In this document: piece by piece, positions 41,980 to 53,096 of the stretch
How positions within the stretch are numbered: position 1 is the stretch's first letter
Layout: every line of letters begins with the position of its first letter
NCBI GenBank assembly: GCA_963768425.1
Contig: CAVYHV010000029.1
Span: 1 to 64,000, forward strand
Direction: 5' to 3'
Source of the DNA: Candidatus Bathyarchaeota archaeon
Lineage (GTDB): Archaea; Thermoproteota; Bathyarchaeia; Bathyarchaeales; Bathycorpusculaceae
Length of the DNA: 64,000 nt
Notes under the pieces: model-generated
Seen by the model: only the letters and a program-made list of their open reading frames with translations
What the model was told of the DNA's origin: nothing
The model's database searches: none
Position numbers and translations under genes: made by a program

Positions 41980-43653
41980 TCAGCTTCCCCTGAACTTTAA
42001 GAAATAAACTACCCCGATAGCAGCTTCAGCACCAATTAGCCCGGCAATAATAAACAGAGAATATCTAACGTAAAATGACGGTTCAGTCACGGTTATAAAT
42101 AACTCTTGGCTGTCACACCTTAAGGACGCCTGAGTTTCAGGCGAGGTTGCGAAAACAGCCCAAGGTCCACAAGAGTTAGGTCGGAAACTTGCGTCAAAAG
42201 TTCCATTGTCACTCACCGGGCATTCTAATGTTTTGGTGAAGTTAGAGCTGCTGAATTGCACGTCAACCACGGAACCATTATAGTCTGGAGCAACCATAGA
42301 ATCAGTGTTGTTCAGAGTTAGAACTCCTTTAATTGTTATGTTTTCGCCAAGGAGTATTCTATTTTCAACTGCGTTGATGTCAAGAGTCAACGGTTCCTTC
42401 ACCGTGTAGTTGCCCGATGAATAAAATCCATTTTCTATTACATCTGTCGCATTAATTTTGTATTGAACGAGCGTTCCGGCGGTTTGACCCGGTATTGTTG
42501 CTATGCATGTTTGGTTACTGACGTCCATATTCAAAGTTTTAGTGTTGTTCCAATTGTCGGTCGTGTATGATAGTTGAGCTGTCTCCAAATCTGTATTGTT
42601 CGTCGTATAAGTAAGCGGGGTTGGCTCCTCAGGATAAACTCTGCTTGGAATAGTTAATGGTATCAAGGAAGAATTTTCGAAATTAGTCTTTAACATAAAC
42701 TGAATATTGCCTGAACCTACCTCTCCGATAAATACCACATGATAGAGATTTGCTCCAATATTTGGCGAAGTGTAATTTAGAGACATTGATTGACCCATGT
42801 ATTCGCAGCTTGCGTAGGCCACGCCTCGGTAGCTATTTGGTTCAAAATTGTAACCACCAACTGAACCAGTTAGATTGCCATACAAACCGGGTTCCCACGC
42901 TAGTGGAAAATTGTCTAAGCTCGGCGATGCAGCATTATTCATTAAGTAAAGCCTAGCTTCATACATGTCTAACGTGTTTGGAACTTTTACGTACAATTGA
43001 ACATATGAGGCGTTGGTTTCGAATTCATATGCCCAATTTGTGTAAAAATTAGCGACACCACCGTTTGTGCCCTCGACAATACTATTATACCACTGGTCGC
43101 AAAGGAGATTTTCAATGATCATGAAAGTGGCTTCTTGAGCGCCCTCGCTGTCTACTGGATTGTTGTTTATAACAAATGTGTAGTTGCCTGACTGTGTTGG
43201 AGTAAAAAGTGCGGTATTAACGGTTGTGCCTAAGTGTTCTGGAAGACCTGCTGATTGAGTATGTGAACTCTCCAAGTTTCCTTGGGGGTCATAAACGTAG
43301 ACGTTGTAGTCTGTCATTGCTGAGGTTGACGTGTTTATGTACGCTCCATAAAAGTAAATGTGGTAGTTATGGCCTTCCAATAATGGGCATATAATGGTCC
43401 AGTTTTCGCCGATCGCTATTTGTGAACTCTTAATTAACACTGGGAACATTGGTTTTTCAATGTAAGTGCAGTTTCCTTCAGCGTTATTGAAATTATGTAC
43501 GTAATTTGTGTATTCTGACGTAGTGGTTAATTGAACAGTTGAGGCGGGGGTCTGGGAGGTAGACGCTTGAGCCATGAATAATGGACTGACAACTAAGACA
43601 ACGATTGTAATTAGTGATAGGATTTTAGCTTGTCGCTTGATTTTCAGATGCAT
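41980..43653 (-). CDS. Secreted, C-terminally membrane-anchored beta-rich surface protein
   Basis: N-terminal signal peptide, N/T-rich Ig-like segments, C-terminal TM followed by KFRGS. Confidence 0.8.
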   Translation of the reverse strand: MHLKIKRQAKILSLITIVVLVVSPLFMAQASTSQTPASTVQLTTTSEYTNYVHNFNNAEGNCTYIEKPMFPVLIKSSQIAIGENWTIICPLLEGHNYHIYFYGAYINTSTSAMTDYNVYVYDPQGNLESSHTQSAGLPEHLGTTVNTALFTPTQSGNYTFVINNNPVDSEGAQEATFMIIENLLCDQWYNSIVEGTNGGVANFYTNWAYEFETNASYVQLYVKVPNTLDMYEARLYLMNNAASPSLDNFPLAWEPGLYGNLTGSVGGYNFEPNSYRGVAYASCEYMGQSMSLNYTSPNIGANLYHVVFIGEVGSGNIQFMLKTNFENSSLIPLTIPSRVYPEEPTPLTYTTNNTDLETAQLSYTTDNWNNTKTLNMDVSNQTCIATIPGQTAGTLVQYKINATDVIENGFYSSGNYTVKEPLTLDINAVENRILLGENITIKGVLTLNNTDSMVAPDYNGSVVDVQFSSSNFTKTLECPVSDNGTFDASFRPNSCGPWAVFATSPETQASLRCDSQELFITVTEPSFYVRYSLFIIAGLIGAEAAIGVVYFLKFRGS

Positions 43654-44021
43654 GGCTGAATCAGATTACAAGCGTTATGTATTATGGATGTTTGACATAT
43701 TGCTTATGAATGCTAAATCAATATTTGCAAGATTAGGCTTGATTCAAGATTTATTAACTGGAAACTTTGTTTTCAGGCGTTTTCTGGTTTGCTAGCTTTT
43801 TGTCTGTCTGGATTGTTTCAGACAGTTTATTTTAAATTCATATCTTGAAGTTGGCTTTAACTTTCATAGTTGCAAGCATTATGTTGTGTATTGAATCTCG
43901 CTACAGAAGACACTTATATGAAAAACGTTCATGCTAATCTAACGGGAAGTTCACATGATGAAAATAACAAACTTCCAAACAATTCAACAAAGGATGTTCT
44001 GATATGGGAGGTGAAAATATA

Positions 44022-44700
44022 ATGAATTACAATTCTTTCCGCAGGATTTTAAGAAACAAGTACGCTCTTAGCACTGTCGTAACGACGCTCATTATCCTAG
44101 TAATTTCAGTGCTGCTGGCTAGCGTAGTCACTTACTTCGCTATTAACGTAGTTAGCACGAGGGTTCAAGAAGAAAGTCTTTCGCTAAGCGATGCTCACAT
44201 ATGGCTCAACCCATTGGCTGCCGCAGGGGCTGCCACCTATTCTCAGGCTTCACTTAAGGTCATTAATACTGGTGGTAGAGATGTGGTCATCACTAAGATA
44301 GCTGTCAGAGGTCAAGACAACGCATGGACTTCTTGGGCAACCGGAACACCCCCAACTGATAGTCAATTCTTGGTCTATTCAATAACTAACTCGCCCATAC
44401 AAACTGACATGTACTTCCAGCCTACTATGGCAATTCCAGTAGCTGATCCAGCCACCGTCGCTACACCTGTGACACAGCAACTTGCTCTAACTGGTGGCGC
44501 AGCAACTGCTCCAGCCGGATTCGCATTCAATTATGCTACAACTGACTTAGTGCTCAAATCAGGCTATACACTTGCTAGTCTACATAATGAATCCTGACAG
44601 CATCACCATAAACGACATCGGCTTAACCGTTAGCATAACGCTCTACACAGCGCAGGCAATGTACTATCAAGAATGCAACGTCCAAGCCTACACAGCATAA
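44022..44700 (+). CDS. Type IV major pilin-like protein 1 (frameshift ~44572)
   Basis: GGAGGTGA RBS; class III-like signal RRILRNKYA/LSTVVTTLIILVISVLLA; NTGGRDVVI motif. The corrected C-terminus matches pilin 2. Confidence 0.88.
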
Positions 44701-45057
44701 TAAGATCCTAAAAGCCATATCGAGGTTAAACCAATAATTCAAAACGTGACCGCTGAGTCGGGTTTCATAACAACCCCTCTTATTTGCGGGACTTATTTTT
44801 TTTACATTTCATCAAGCAGCGACTTGTCTGTCAGGATTGGCTCGCACAGTTTATTATAAATACTTATTTTAGAACATGGTTTGTTTTTCATATTTCTAAG
44901 AAGGATGGGTTGTATTAAATCTCACTACAGAAGACATTTATAAACAAAGCACCTAACAAAAGACCTAACAAAAGTTACTCGGAGTGGGGAATATTGAACA
45001 AAAACCAACAACAAATCGAACACACAAACGCATCCCTAAACAAGGGAGGTGACTAAT

Positions 45058-45728
45058 TTGAATTGCATTTCATTCCATAAACTCTTGAAAAACAAGTACG
45101 CTCTTAGTACTGTCGTAACGACGCTCATTATCCTAGTAATTTCCGTGCTGCTGGCTAGCGTAGTCACTTATTTCGCCATAAACGTAGTTAGCACGAGGGT
45201 TCAAGAAGAAAGTCTTTCGCTAAGCGATGCTCACATATGGCTCAACCCATTGGCTGCCGCAGGGCTGCCACCTATTCTCAGGCTTCACTTAAGGTCATTA
45301 ATACTGGTGGTAGAGATGTGGTCATCACTAAGATAGCTGTCAGAGGTCAAGACAACGCATGGACTTCATGGGCAACGGGTCCTTTAGATAGTCAATTCTT
45401 GGTCTATTCAATAACTAATCAGCCTATACAAACTGACATGTACTTCCAGCCTACTATGGCAATTCCAGTAGCTGATCCAGCCACAGCCGTTACACCCGCG
45501 ACACAACAGTTCCTTCTGACAGGTGGCACGGCAACTGGCAATAACGGATTTGTCTTCAATTATGCTACAACTGACTTAGTTCTCAAATCAGGCTATACAC
45601 TGCTAGTTTACATAATGAATCCTGACAGCATCACTATAAACGACATCGGCTTAACCGTTAGCATAACGCTCTACACAGCGCAGGCAATGTACTATCAAGA
45701 ATGCAACGTCCAAGCCTACACAGCATAA
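45058..45728 (+). CDS. Type IV major pilin-like protein 2 (frameshift ~45262)
   Basis: Near-identical to pilin 1; TTG start after GGAGGTGA; GGG versus GGGG in pilin 1. Confidence 0.88.
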
Positions 45729-45873
45729 TTATCCAATTAAAGTCCAAGATGCTAACACAGGGTTATTTTTAAAACCCTAAATTTTGTTTCTTTTTTGTTT
45801 ATGTGTTTTTTTTGTGACGCACAAGTTTACTTATCTTGATTTTGCTGAATAGTTTTTCAAAGTGAAATGTAAA

Positions 45874-46443
45874 ATGAGAATGAAGAATATACTGAAGAAT
45901 CGTTTGGCTTTAAGTACAGTCGTTACTACTTTGATTATTCTAGTGGTTTCGGTGCTGCTCGCAGGTGTCGTTACTTACTTTGCTATCAACGTTACTAGCA
46001 CTCGAGTTCAAGAAGAAAGCCTACAACTAACAAAACTACACGTATGGTATGATTCAGCTGCTCCCAGAGGTCAAGCTGCATTTCTGATAATGAACACTGG
46101 AGGCCGAGATGTCGTAATAAATAAAATTACGATACGTGGACAACAAGCAACCTGGGGTAACGTCTATTATGGCGTATCGGCAACTTACACAGTCAGCGCC
46201 GACCTGGCATACATAAATTCCGCCACTCCCGCATCTGCCCTCGCAGTGGATGGCACTACAGGTCACAACGTCGCATTAACAGCAGCTACAGGAGACATAA
46301 CTTTGCAATCAGGCGCTAGCATGGTTGTTTACATCGCAGGCCTAGACAGCGTAACTATTAACGACATAGGCTTAACTGTTGGAATTACCGTGTTCACTTC
46401 GCAAGCGATGTACTATCAAGAAGCCAACGTACAAGCAGCATGA
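45874..46443 (+). CDS. Type IV major pilin-like protein 3 (intact)
   Basis: KNILKNRLA/LSTVVTTLIILVVSVLLAG; shared C-terminus DSVTINDIGLTVGITVFTSQAMYYQEANVQA. Confidence 0.9.
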   Translation: MRMKNILKNRLALSTVVTTLIILVVSVLLAGVVTYFAINVTSTRVQEESLQLTKLHVWYDSAAPRGQAAFLIMNTGGRDVVINKITIRGQQATWGNVYYGVSATYTVSADLAYINSATPASALAVDGTTGHNVALTAATGDITLQSGASMVVYIAGLDSVTINDIGLTVGITVFTSQAMYYQEANVQAA

Positions 46444-46831
46444 TAAATTGAACAAGGCAACAAATATTTAACTCATAAGACCCCACCCAAAACCCCCCAC
46501 TATCTCTTCTTTTTCTTTTAAACTTAGATCTTTGATTACAAGAAATATTGCTACAATTAGCGTTAGTTTTTAAAATTTAATTTGCCAAAGCGAAAGCAAG
46601 TTTCAAGTTCAAGGAAACTAGAGCAGCATTTTTCTACAAAAGAATCAAAGAATGCGCTGAGCGCAGCCACAATTCTACTTCAGCTTTTTCTTTCTATCAA
46701 TCAAAACCCGCTGGTAGCTAACAAGTGAATAGATACAAAAATCGGGGTTCCCTTTTTGCAATGTGTTTTTTTTGTTACGCACAAGTTTACTTATCCAAAG
46801 TTTGCTGTTTGTTTTTTTAGTGAAATGTAAA

Positions 46832-47430
46832 ATGAGAATGAAGAATATACTGAAGAATCGTTTGGCTTTAAGTACGGTCGTTACTACGCTGATTATTCTA
46901 GTGGTTTCGGTGCTGCTCGCAGGTGTCGTTACTTACTTTGCTATCAACGTTACCAGCACAAGGGTTCAAGAGGAAAGCTTATCGTTGGAAATGCTACACG
47001 TTTGGTGTCCGCAGTCTGCAAGCGCGACAACAGGTCAATATCCAGCTGAAGCAGCGTTTGTGATCATTAATACTGGCGGTCGAGACGTAGTTATAAACAA
47101 GATCACGGTTCGAGGACAAGAAGCACCCTGGGCTCAAGTCTATTCGGCAGTAGGCTCAGTAACATCAGACCTTACATACATAGCAGGAACAGATGCGACA
47201 ACCAACAATGCAGTTGCAATTTTGACAACTGCCGATACTATTAATAACCGGTGATGACAATGGCTGTTGCTTCAGGTGATATTACGTTGAAATCAGGTGA
47301 TAGCATGGTTGTTTACGTTGTAGGTCCAGATAGCATCACTATTAACGACATAGGCTTGACTGTTGGAATAACGGTGTTCACTTCGCAAGCGATGTACTAT
47401 CAAGAAGCCAACGTCCAAGCATACAGCTAA
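46832..47430 (+). CDS. Type IV major pilin-like protein 4 (frameshift ~47250)
   Basis: Same N- and C-termini and upstream DNA as pilin 3, with a divergent middle. Confidence 0.87.
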
Positions 47431-47665
47431 ATAGCGTAGATTAAGTAATCTAAAAGTAATCTACCCCCACAACCCCCCAATCTTTCTTTTTTCTTTTCAA
47501 TATAGCAAACTTTTGAGCAAACCTTCAATTTTTGTGCTTACTATAATCTTGATTTCTAATATGAAAATAATGTGTAGATTGTTAATACACACAAACCGCT
47601 TAATCGGTTTCCCATAGTTTTTATAGTAAATGCATGCTTACGAGGAGATGTAACTGACGGCAGAT

Positions 47666-48493
47666 TTGCATAGTCGATTGTTCAGACGGTTTGTTCGTTC
47701 CAAGAAAGCGTTAGCTTTGCCAGTTACATTTCTAATACTGTTGGTATCTACACTTGGCATTATTTCAGTTACTTATTATTTTTCAATTGAAAGAATCAAT
47801 TCACAAAGCGAGGCTCTCAAAGTTTCCACAGCTCAACAGGACTTTTTATCTCTGGATAATGTTATTCTTTCCACTTTAGGCCAGCCTGGTTCTTCAGCGA
47901 CGTTTGACTTGGCGGACTCAGGTGGATTAATAAACGTCCAGCCAACTAACGACACTCTAACAATCGACGTTAATGACAACTCTACCATCGACGCAACTGT
48001 CTTTAACGCCTCAGTAGGGCAAGTTTCCTATGATCTTCCATTTTCAGGTTCAATCGAAACAGGTCTTTACTTGGAAGGTGATAGCCAAACAATAACCAAC
48101 CAAAGTGGCTCGTCACCAAGTCAACTTTTCCTAACAAATGGTGTTCAGGGACCTGTGATCCAGTTGCGATATCGGCCGACTGTGACATATGCGACTGCTG
48201 GATTCGAAAATGATCACGCTGTCACTGACATTCGCATCTATTTAGTCAACCTGAACTCTTCAGATCCAATTGCGCTGCAAGGTGCGCTTCCCTTACAAAT
48301 CTCTTGCGCGAGCACACAATTAACAACTGAAACCTACCAAGTTTCCAATCAATTTGAAAACTTGGAGATATCTTCACAACTGAACGGTGCTCAGGGATCA
48401 ATTTCTGTCCCCATCCAAAGCGGTCCTCAAGGCTCAATAATCAACATAGAAACTGTCATTTCTAACATATCAATTGAGAGGTGGATCTCTTAA
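47666..48493 (+). CDS. Pilin-like (minor pilin) protein
   Basis: RRFVRSKKA/LALPVTFLILLV class III-like signal followed by a beta-rich domain. Confidence 0.75.
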   Translation: MHSRLFRRFVRSKKALALPVTFLILLVSTLGIISVTYYFSIERINSQSEALKVSTAQQDFLSLDNVILSTLGQPGSSATFDLADSGGLINVQPTNDTLTIDVNDNSTIDATVFNASVGQVSYDLPFSGSIETGLYLEGDSQTITNQSGSSPSQLFLTNGVQGPVIQLRYRPTVTYATAGFENDHAVTDIRIYLVNLNSSDPIALQGALPLQISCASTQLTTETYQVSNQFENLEISSQLNGAQGSISVPIQSGPQGSIINIETVISNISIERWIS

Positions 48494-48937
48494 ATGGTAT
48501 CGATTATTCCAAGCTACGTGTACTCGCTGTTTGCAGCCCTCATCGTCGGCACAATTCTAGTTTCAAGCTGCAGCCTTTCAATGGTAAACTTGAAAAATGA
48601 AGCAGGAAATCAACAATTATCCAATGTTGATGAATATGTTGCAGCCCAAAGCCTGACTCTCATAGGCCAGACTATCCAAGACAACCAGAATACCACTCAA
48701 TTTCTGGATCTTCCTTCGCAAATTGGAAACCAAATTTACTGGGTATGCTTAACGAACGACTCGTTTAGTGCGTCGGTTGAATCCGGCTTCGGAACAACGG
48801 CCTCCTTGAATCAACCACAATTATACATACCAGCCGAAATCTCTGCATCAGGCATTTTCGTTAGCAGTTGGGGTAGGCCTCTGCTGCAATGTTGCTACCA
48901 AAACCAAACGATTACATTAACATTAACTAGTGAGTGA
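48494..48937 (+). CDS. Pilin-like accessory protein
   Basis: N-terminal hydrophobic helix, LDLPSQIG..Y.V motif; located inside the pilus operon. Confidence 0.65.
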   Translation: MVSIIPSYVYSLFAALIVGTILVSSCSLSMVNLKNEAGNQQLSNVDEYVAAQSLTLIGQTIQDNQNTTQFLDLPSQIGNQIYWVCLTNDSFSASVESGFGTTASLNQPQLYIPAEISASGIFVSSWGRPLLQCCYQNQTITLTLTSE

Positions 48938-50520
48938 TTGAATTGAAAATAGGAAAAAAGAAACAAGAAATCCAAGAAAAAGAAAAAACCTCAGACGAGG
49001 AAATGATTGCGTACTTAGGAATTCAGGGGTATCAGGTACCTGAAGGCTACTCGCAAATCGAAAGTTACCCGCTCAATCCGCCGTTCTCCTACGCATGGGT
49101 ATTCCAAGATGATGCCGAAGGAAGCTTTTTCTACGTTGTTGACGAACTTCCCATGTCCCGAGAAGAAAGAGAATCATACAAGCGGCTTAAGAATATTCTT
49201 GAGTATGAGCTCAAAGCCCCAAGGCTGGATGAAACGCTCATTTCCTCATTTCACAGACAGCTTCCAACCATTCTTGATGAGCACCAAAAGGGTCTCGAAG
49301 ATACCGATCAAGTAGGCCTGAGAAAAATCACTTATTATCTTGAAAAAGACTTAATCGGTTACGGAAAAATCGAAGGTCTCATAAACGATCCACTAATAGA
49401 AGATATAAGTTGTTTAGGGATAAACAAGTCTATCTATATTTATCACAGAAAATACGCTAACGCAAAAACCAACATTATCTTTACCGATGAGGAAGAACTA
49501 GATGATTTCATAACTAGAATAGTACACCGACAGGGAAAACACGTAAGCATAGCGCACCCAATAGTAGACTTAACTCTTCCAGGAAAACACAGACTTGCTG
49601 TCTCATTCGGAAAAGAAACAACCCCTGCCGGAACAAGTTTTACAATAAGAAAATTCAAAGAAGATCCGTTAACAATCGTAGATCTCATTATCAATGAAAC
49701 AATTGACGAATCAATCGCGGCGTATCTTTGGATGTTAATGGAAAACAAAATGTCAGTCATGATTGTAGGTCCAACAGGCGCAGGAAAAACAACCGCCTTA
49801 AACGCTATTGCATGTCTGGTTAGGCCAGAACTCAAAATGATTTCAGTTGAAGAAGTTCAAGAAATTAACTTGCCGCAGGAAAACTGGGTGTCAACTATCG
49901 CAAGAACAGGATTCGGTGGGGAAGGCGAAGGCGAGGTCACCCTTTTCGACCTGATCAAGTCAGCCGTCAGGCACCGACCCGCATTAATTCTTGTAGGCGA
50001 AATTAGAGGCGAAGAAGCATACGTTCTGTTCCAAGCTTTAGCAACAGGACACGGAGGCCTATGCACAATGCACGCCGACGATGTAGAAACTGTCATTAAA
50101 CGACTAACACAACCGCCCATGAACATTCCACAAAACATATTGTCGCTAATGAACTGCGTAATAGTGGTCAAACAAGTCAAAACAACAAACATTAACCCAC
50201 ACGAACGAAAACTATCATCAAGAAAATTCGTAGAAATCGCTGAAATCGATAACAACGGTATTCCTCACGAAGTCTTCAATTGGAACATGTCTTCAGACTC
50301 TTTCCAACAAAACCTAGATCAAAGCTACTTACTTTCAAAAATCGCAAAAAACCTCGATGCTCCATTAAGCGTTGTGCAGCAAGAGTTTGATCGAAGAAAA
50401 CAAATTCTGCTCAAAATGGTTGACAAAAACCTCCGTGACTTCAGGAGTGTCCACAGAGCATTAAACAGTTCAATAAATCTCTTGGAATTAGCGGCCAAAG
50501 AAAAATCAAAGGAGCAATAA
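48934..50520 (+). CDS. Type IV pilus assembly ATPase (PilB/ArlI/VirB11 family)
   Basis: IEDISCLG, SFTIRKF, GPTGAGKTT, RHRPALILVGEIRGEEA, TGHGGLCTMHA. Confidence 0.93.
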   Translation: MIELKIGKKKQEIQEKEKTSDEEMIAYLGIQGYQVPEGYSQIESYPLNPPFSYAWVFQDDAEGSFFYVVDELPMSREERESYKRLKNILEYELKAPRLDETLISSFHRQLPTILDEHQKGLEDTDQVGLRKITYYLEKDLIGYGKIEGLINDPLIEDISCLGINKSIYIYHRKYANAKTNIIFTDEEELDDFITRIVHRQGKHVSIAHPIVDLTLPGKHRLAVSFGKETTPAGTSFTIRKFKEDPLTIVDLIINETIDESIAAYLWMLMENKMSVMIVGPTGAGKTTALNAIACLVRPELKMISVEEVQEINLPQENWVSTIARTGFGGEGEGEVTLFDLIKSAVRHRPALILVGEIRGEEAYVLFQALATGHGGLCTMHADDVETVIKRLTQPPMNIPQNILSLMNCVIVVKQVKTTNINPHERKLSSRKFVEIAEIDNNGIPHEVFNWNMSSDSFQQNLDQSYLLSKIAKNLDAPLSVVQQEFDRRKQILLKMVDKNLRDFRSVHRALNSSINLLELAAKEKSKEQ

Positions 50521-50522
50521 AA

Positions 50523-52037
50523 ATGGCTTCTGGAGGCTTCATAGGCAAAATATTCGGTAAACTAACTAAAGCTTCCAGCGAAGAGAAAGAAAAAACTGAA
50601 CAAGAACTGCCTTTCGCCGTAATGATTTTTACTCTTTTGGCCGCAAGTGGAATATCTCCATATGACAGCTGGAAAAAAATGCGAAAGCTTTTCTTTCTTC
50701 CTCTATTCAAAAAGGAAGCAGATGAAGTCATACGTCAAGTTGAAGTATTAGGCAAAGACCCTCTAACCGTCATGCAACAGCGTTCAGAAACAACAACCTC
50801 AAAGTTATACAGAAATTTTCTGGGGGGCTTTGTTTCTTCGATTAGAAGCGGCGGACAAATGACTGATTACATGAAAAGCCAGTTGAAAGCGATCTTTGAA
50901 CTGCGATACATCAACCTGAACCGATCGATTGAGAGAATAGCTACTTTGGTAGAAGCTTATTCAGTCATGTTAATCGTTGTGTTATGCTCCTACATCCTTT
51001 TTGTAGTCTTAGGATCAACAAATGCAGTCTCGCTTCTTTCAAGCAGCTTCGCTTCCAATTCGCCCACATTGTCTTACTTGGTAGCTTTTGTCATTATGCC
51101 TGTGATGTCATGCGTCTTCATTATGATGGCGCATAATCTGCAAAGGAGCGCTTTTCCTGATTTAAAAGATCTCTACAGAAAAGCCCTATTCTTTATCCCA
51201 CCTGCATTCGCAGTAATAGCGCTCTTCGCAATGGTTCCTTCATTGTCACAGTTGATAAGCCCTATAGGATTACCTGCAATCACTACAATATGTTTGGTTG
51301 GAGCTTCGTTACCAATGGCTATCCAATATTGGCACATCGCAAAAATCAACTACAACGCAGAAGAATCAATCCCTAGCTTCATAAGAGACGTAACTGAATC
51401 ACAAAAAACGGGGCTTTCACCAGAAAAAAGCATAATACAAGCAACGAAACGCAAAGATTACGGCCCTTTCTCCAAGTTTTTAGACTTAATGCGAAGCCAA
51501 ATAGAATGGGGAATACCTTTAAGAAAAACTTTTGACAACATGCGTAAACAAATTCGAAGTTGGTTTGTAACAATTAACTTTTCTATGATGGTGGAAACAA
51601 TTGAAATCGGCGGCAACTCAATTCAATCGTTAGAGATACTTTCCGAATATAGCGAAAAGGAACGCGAATTACAACTTAATCGAAGGGAACTTTTGAAACC
51701 TTACATTCTTCTTGCTTTGATGTGGAGCGCATTGATCGCCGTTACTACCACAATAGTAGCTTTAACCACTAACTTAACCACCGGTATGATGACAACAATT
51801 GACGGCACAGACCTCGGGTCAGTGGCTGCAACGTCTATGCAGGGTCAGATGGGCATGTTCTCTGTAGGCATTATTATTCAATGCTGGATCTCAGGTTTCT
51901 TCATCGGAAAAATAAGCGAAGGCAACTTAGGTGCTGGTTTCAAACACGCAGCATTGCTGGCTTTAACAGCATATGTATCTTTGGTCGTCTCTCAATTCCT
52001 TCTAGCTGGTCTTTTTGGGGGACTAAAGTTCAGTTAA
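50523..52037 (+). CDS. Two-domain T2SSF/PilC (ArlJ-like size) membrane platform protein
   Basis: Two T2SSF repeats (ELPFAV..FTLLAASGISP and IPSFIRDVTESQKTGLSP); C-terminal GFFIGKISEG...GFKH. Confidence 0.9.
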   Translation: MASGGFIGKIFGKLTKASSEEKEKTEQELPFAVMIFTLLAASGISPYDSWKKMRKLFFLPLFKKEADEVIRQVEVLGKDPLTVMQQRSETTTSKLYRNFLGGFVSSIRSGGQMTDYMKSQLKAIFELRYINLNRSIERIATLVEAYSVMLIVVLCSYILFVVLGSTNAVSLLSSSFASNSPTLSYLVAFVIMPVMSCVFIMMAHNLQRSAFPDLKDLYRKALFFIPPAFAVIALFAMVPSLSQLISPIGLPAITTICLVGASLPMAIQYWHIAKINYNAEESIPSFIRDVTESQKTGLSPEKSIIQATKRKDYGPFSKFLDLMRSQIEWGIPLRKTFDNMRKQIRSWFVTINFSMMVETIEIGGNSIQSLEILSEYSEKERELQLNRRELLKPYILLALMWSALIAVTTTIVALTTNLTTGMMTTIDGTDLGSVAATSMQGQMGMFSVGIIIQCWISGFFIGKISEGNLGAGFKHAALLALTAYVSLVVSQFLLAGLFGGLKFS

Positions 52038-52052
52038 AGGAGAAACAATGCG

Positions 52053-53096
52053 TTGCCTTCAACCGCCATCGACACTTTTTTTGCATGTACCATCATTGTA
52101 GCTGCAGCTTTAATTTCGACCGCTTTTCTATGCTCAACATTGCAAACCAGCATGAACGGCACTCAAAACATCAACAAAGACAGTTACCTACAAGCCATAG
52201 CCAACGGAATCATAGCAAATCCTGGAGCCCCCATTGACTGGGGATCCAACAAAGGCGTTCCTGTTGACTTTGGTCTAGCATCCAATTCTTCGATACTTCC
52301 TTATGAACTAGACATAGATAAAATCTCTCGACTAAACAACCTAAACAACTACTCATTAAGCTATCCTGATATGGCCATTGCGGCTAAACTAAACAATATT
52401 GCTTTAGGCATAACAGTCTCTCAGGTTATGAACATAGACATTGAAAAATCAAGCACAACCACAGTAGGCAATGACGAATCTTTTGTCTTCACGATTTTAA
52501 CAAGTATCGATTCTGAACCCAATAGTGCAAGCATAAACTGCTATGTGGTAGCAAATAGTTACCTAAGCAACATAACCAGTAACACCTCAGACGTTGGGGT
52601 CGGTCAAGTTACTATTCAAATCCCAACCAATTCAACAAGCAATGCAATGCTTGTAGTGTTCGCGAGGGCAAACTTTGACGATAGAATAACATCATATGCC
52701 GTTTACAACTTCGATTCAAATCAGGAATCAGCACCAAGCGACAATATTCTAACTCTAACCCCCCTTAACTACACGTTAAGCTACTTAACAAATTCAACAG
52801 ATTTAACACTCCAACATGGCTACGTTTTCACTTACGCGCATCAGGATAATCTTGCCTCCGTGCAAGGTACAACTCAGTACCAAATTCCGATGCAAATCGA
52901 CAAAAGTCCCTTTGTATTAGTGCTCTGCGGTTTCAACAACGATACCTACTTTCAAGAATGGACTTCTTACCCTCAAATCCCATTGAAAGCAGGTTCAAAC
53001 TTTGAAGATTCGGAACAAAACGTCTTCAGCTATATTGTTACAATAAACAATGTGCTCTATAAAGTCAACATAAGCTTTGGAGATGTTGTTTCCTGA
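52053..53096 (+). CDS. Pilus-associated pilin-like/adhesin protein
   Basis: N-terminal IDTFFA..IIVAAALI helix, NPGAPIDWG...FGLA motif, N/S/T-rich body. Confidence 0.7.
   Translation: MPSTAIDTFFACTIIVAAALISTAFLCSTLQTSMNGTQNINKDSYLQAIANGIIANPGAPIDWGSNKGVPVDFGLASNSSILPYELDIDKISRLNNLNNYSLSYPDMAIAAKLNNIALGITVSQVMNIDIEKSSTTTVGNDESFVFTILTSIDSEPNSASINCYVVANSYLSNITSNTSDVGVGQVTIQIPTNSTSNAMLVVFARANFDDRITSYAVYNFDSNQESAPSDNILTLTPLNYTLSYLTNSTDLTLQHGYVFTYAHQDNLASVQGTTQYQIPMQIDKSPFVLVLCGFNNDTYFQEWTSYPQIPLKAGSNFEDSEQNVFSYIVTINNVLYKVNISFGDVVS

Noticed and set aside
44560-47260. Phase variation silencing three of the four pilins
   Set aside because: The indels lie in short runs of at most 4 nt and at different positions, at a rate compatible with the window-wide error background.
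44022-52037. Canonical archaellum operon
   Set aside because: No ArlH, ArlF or ArlG is recognisable, and the filament proteins have pilin-type N-termini.
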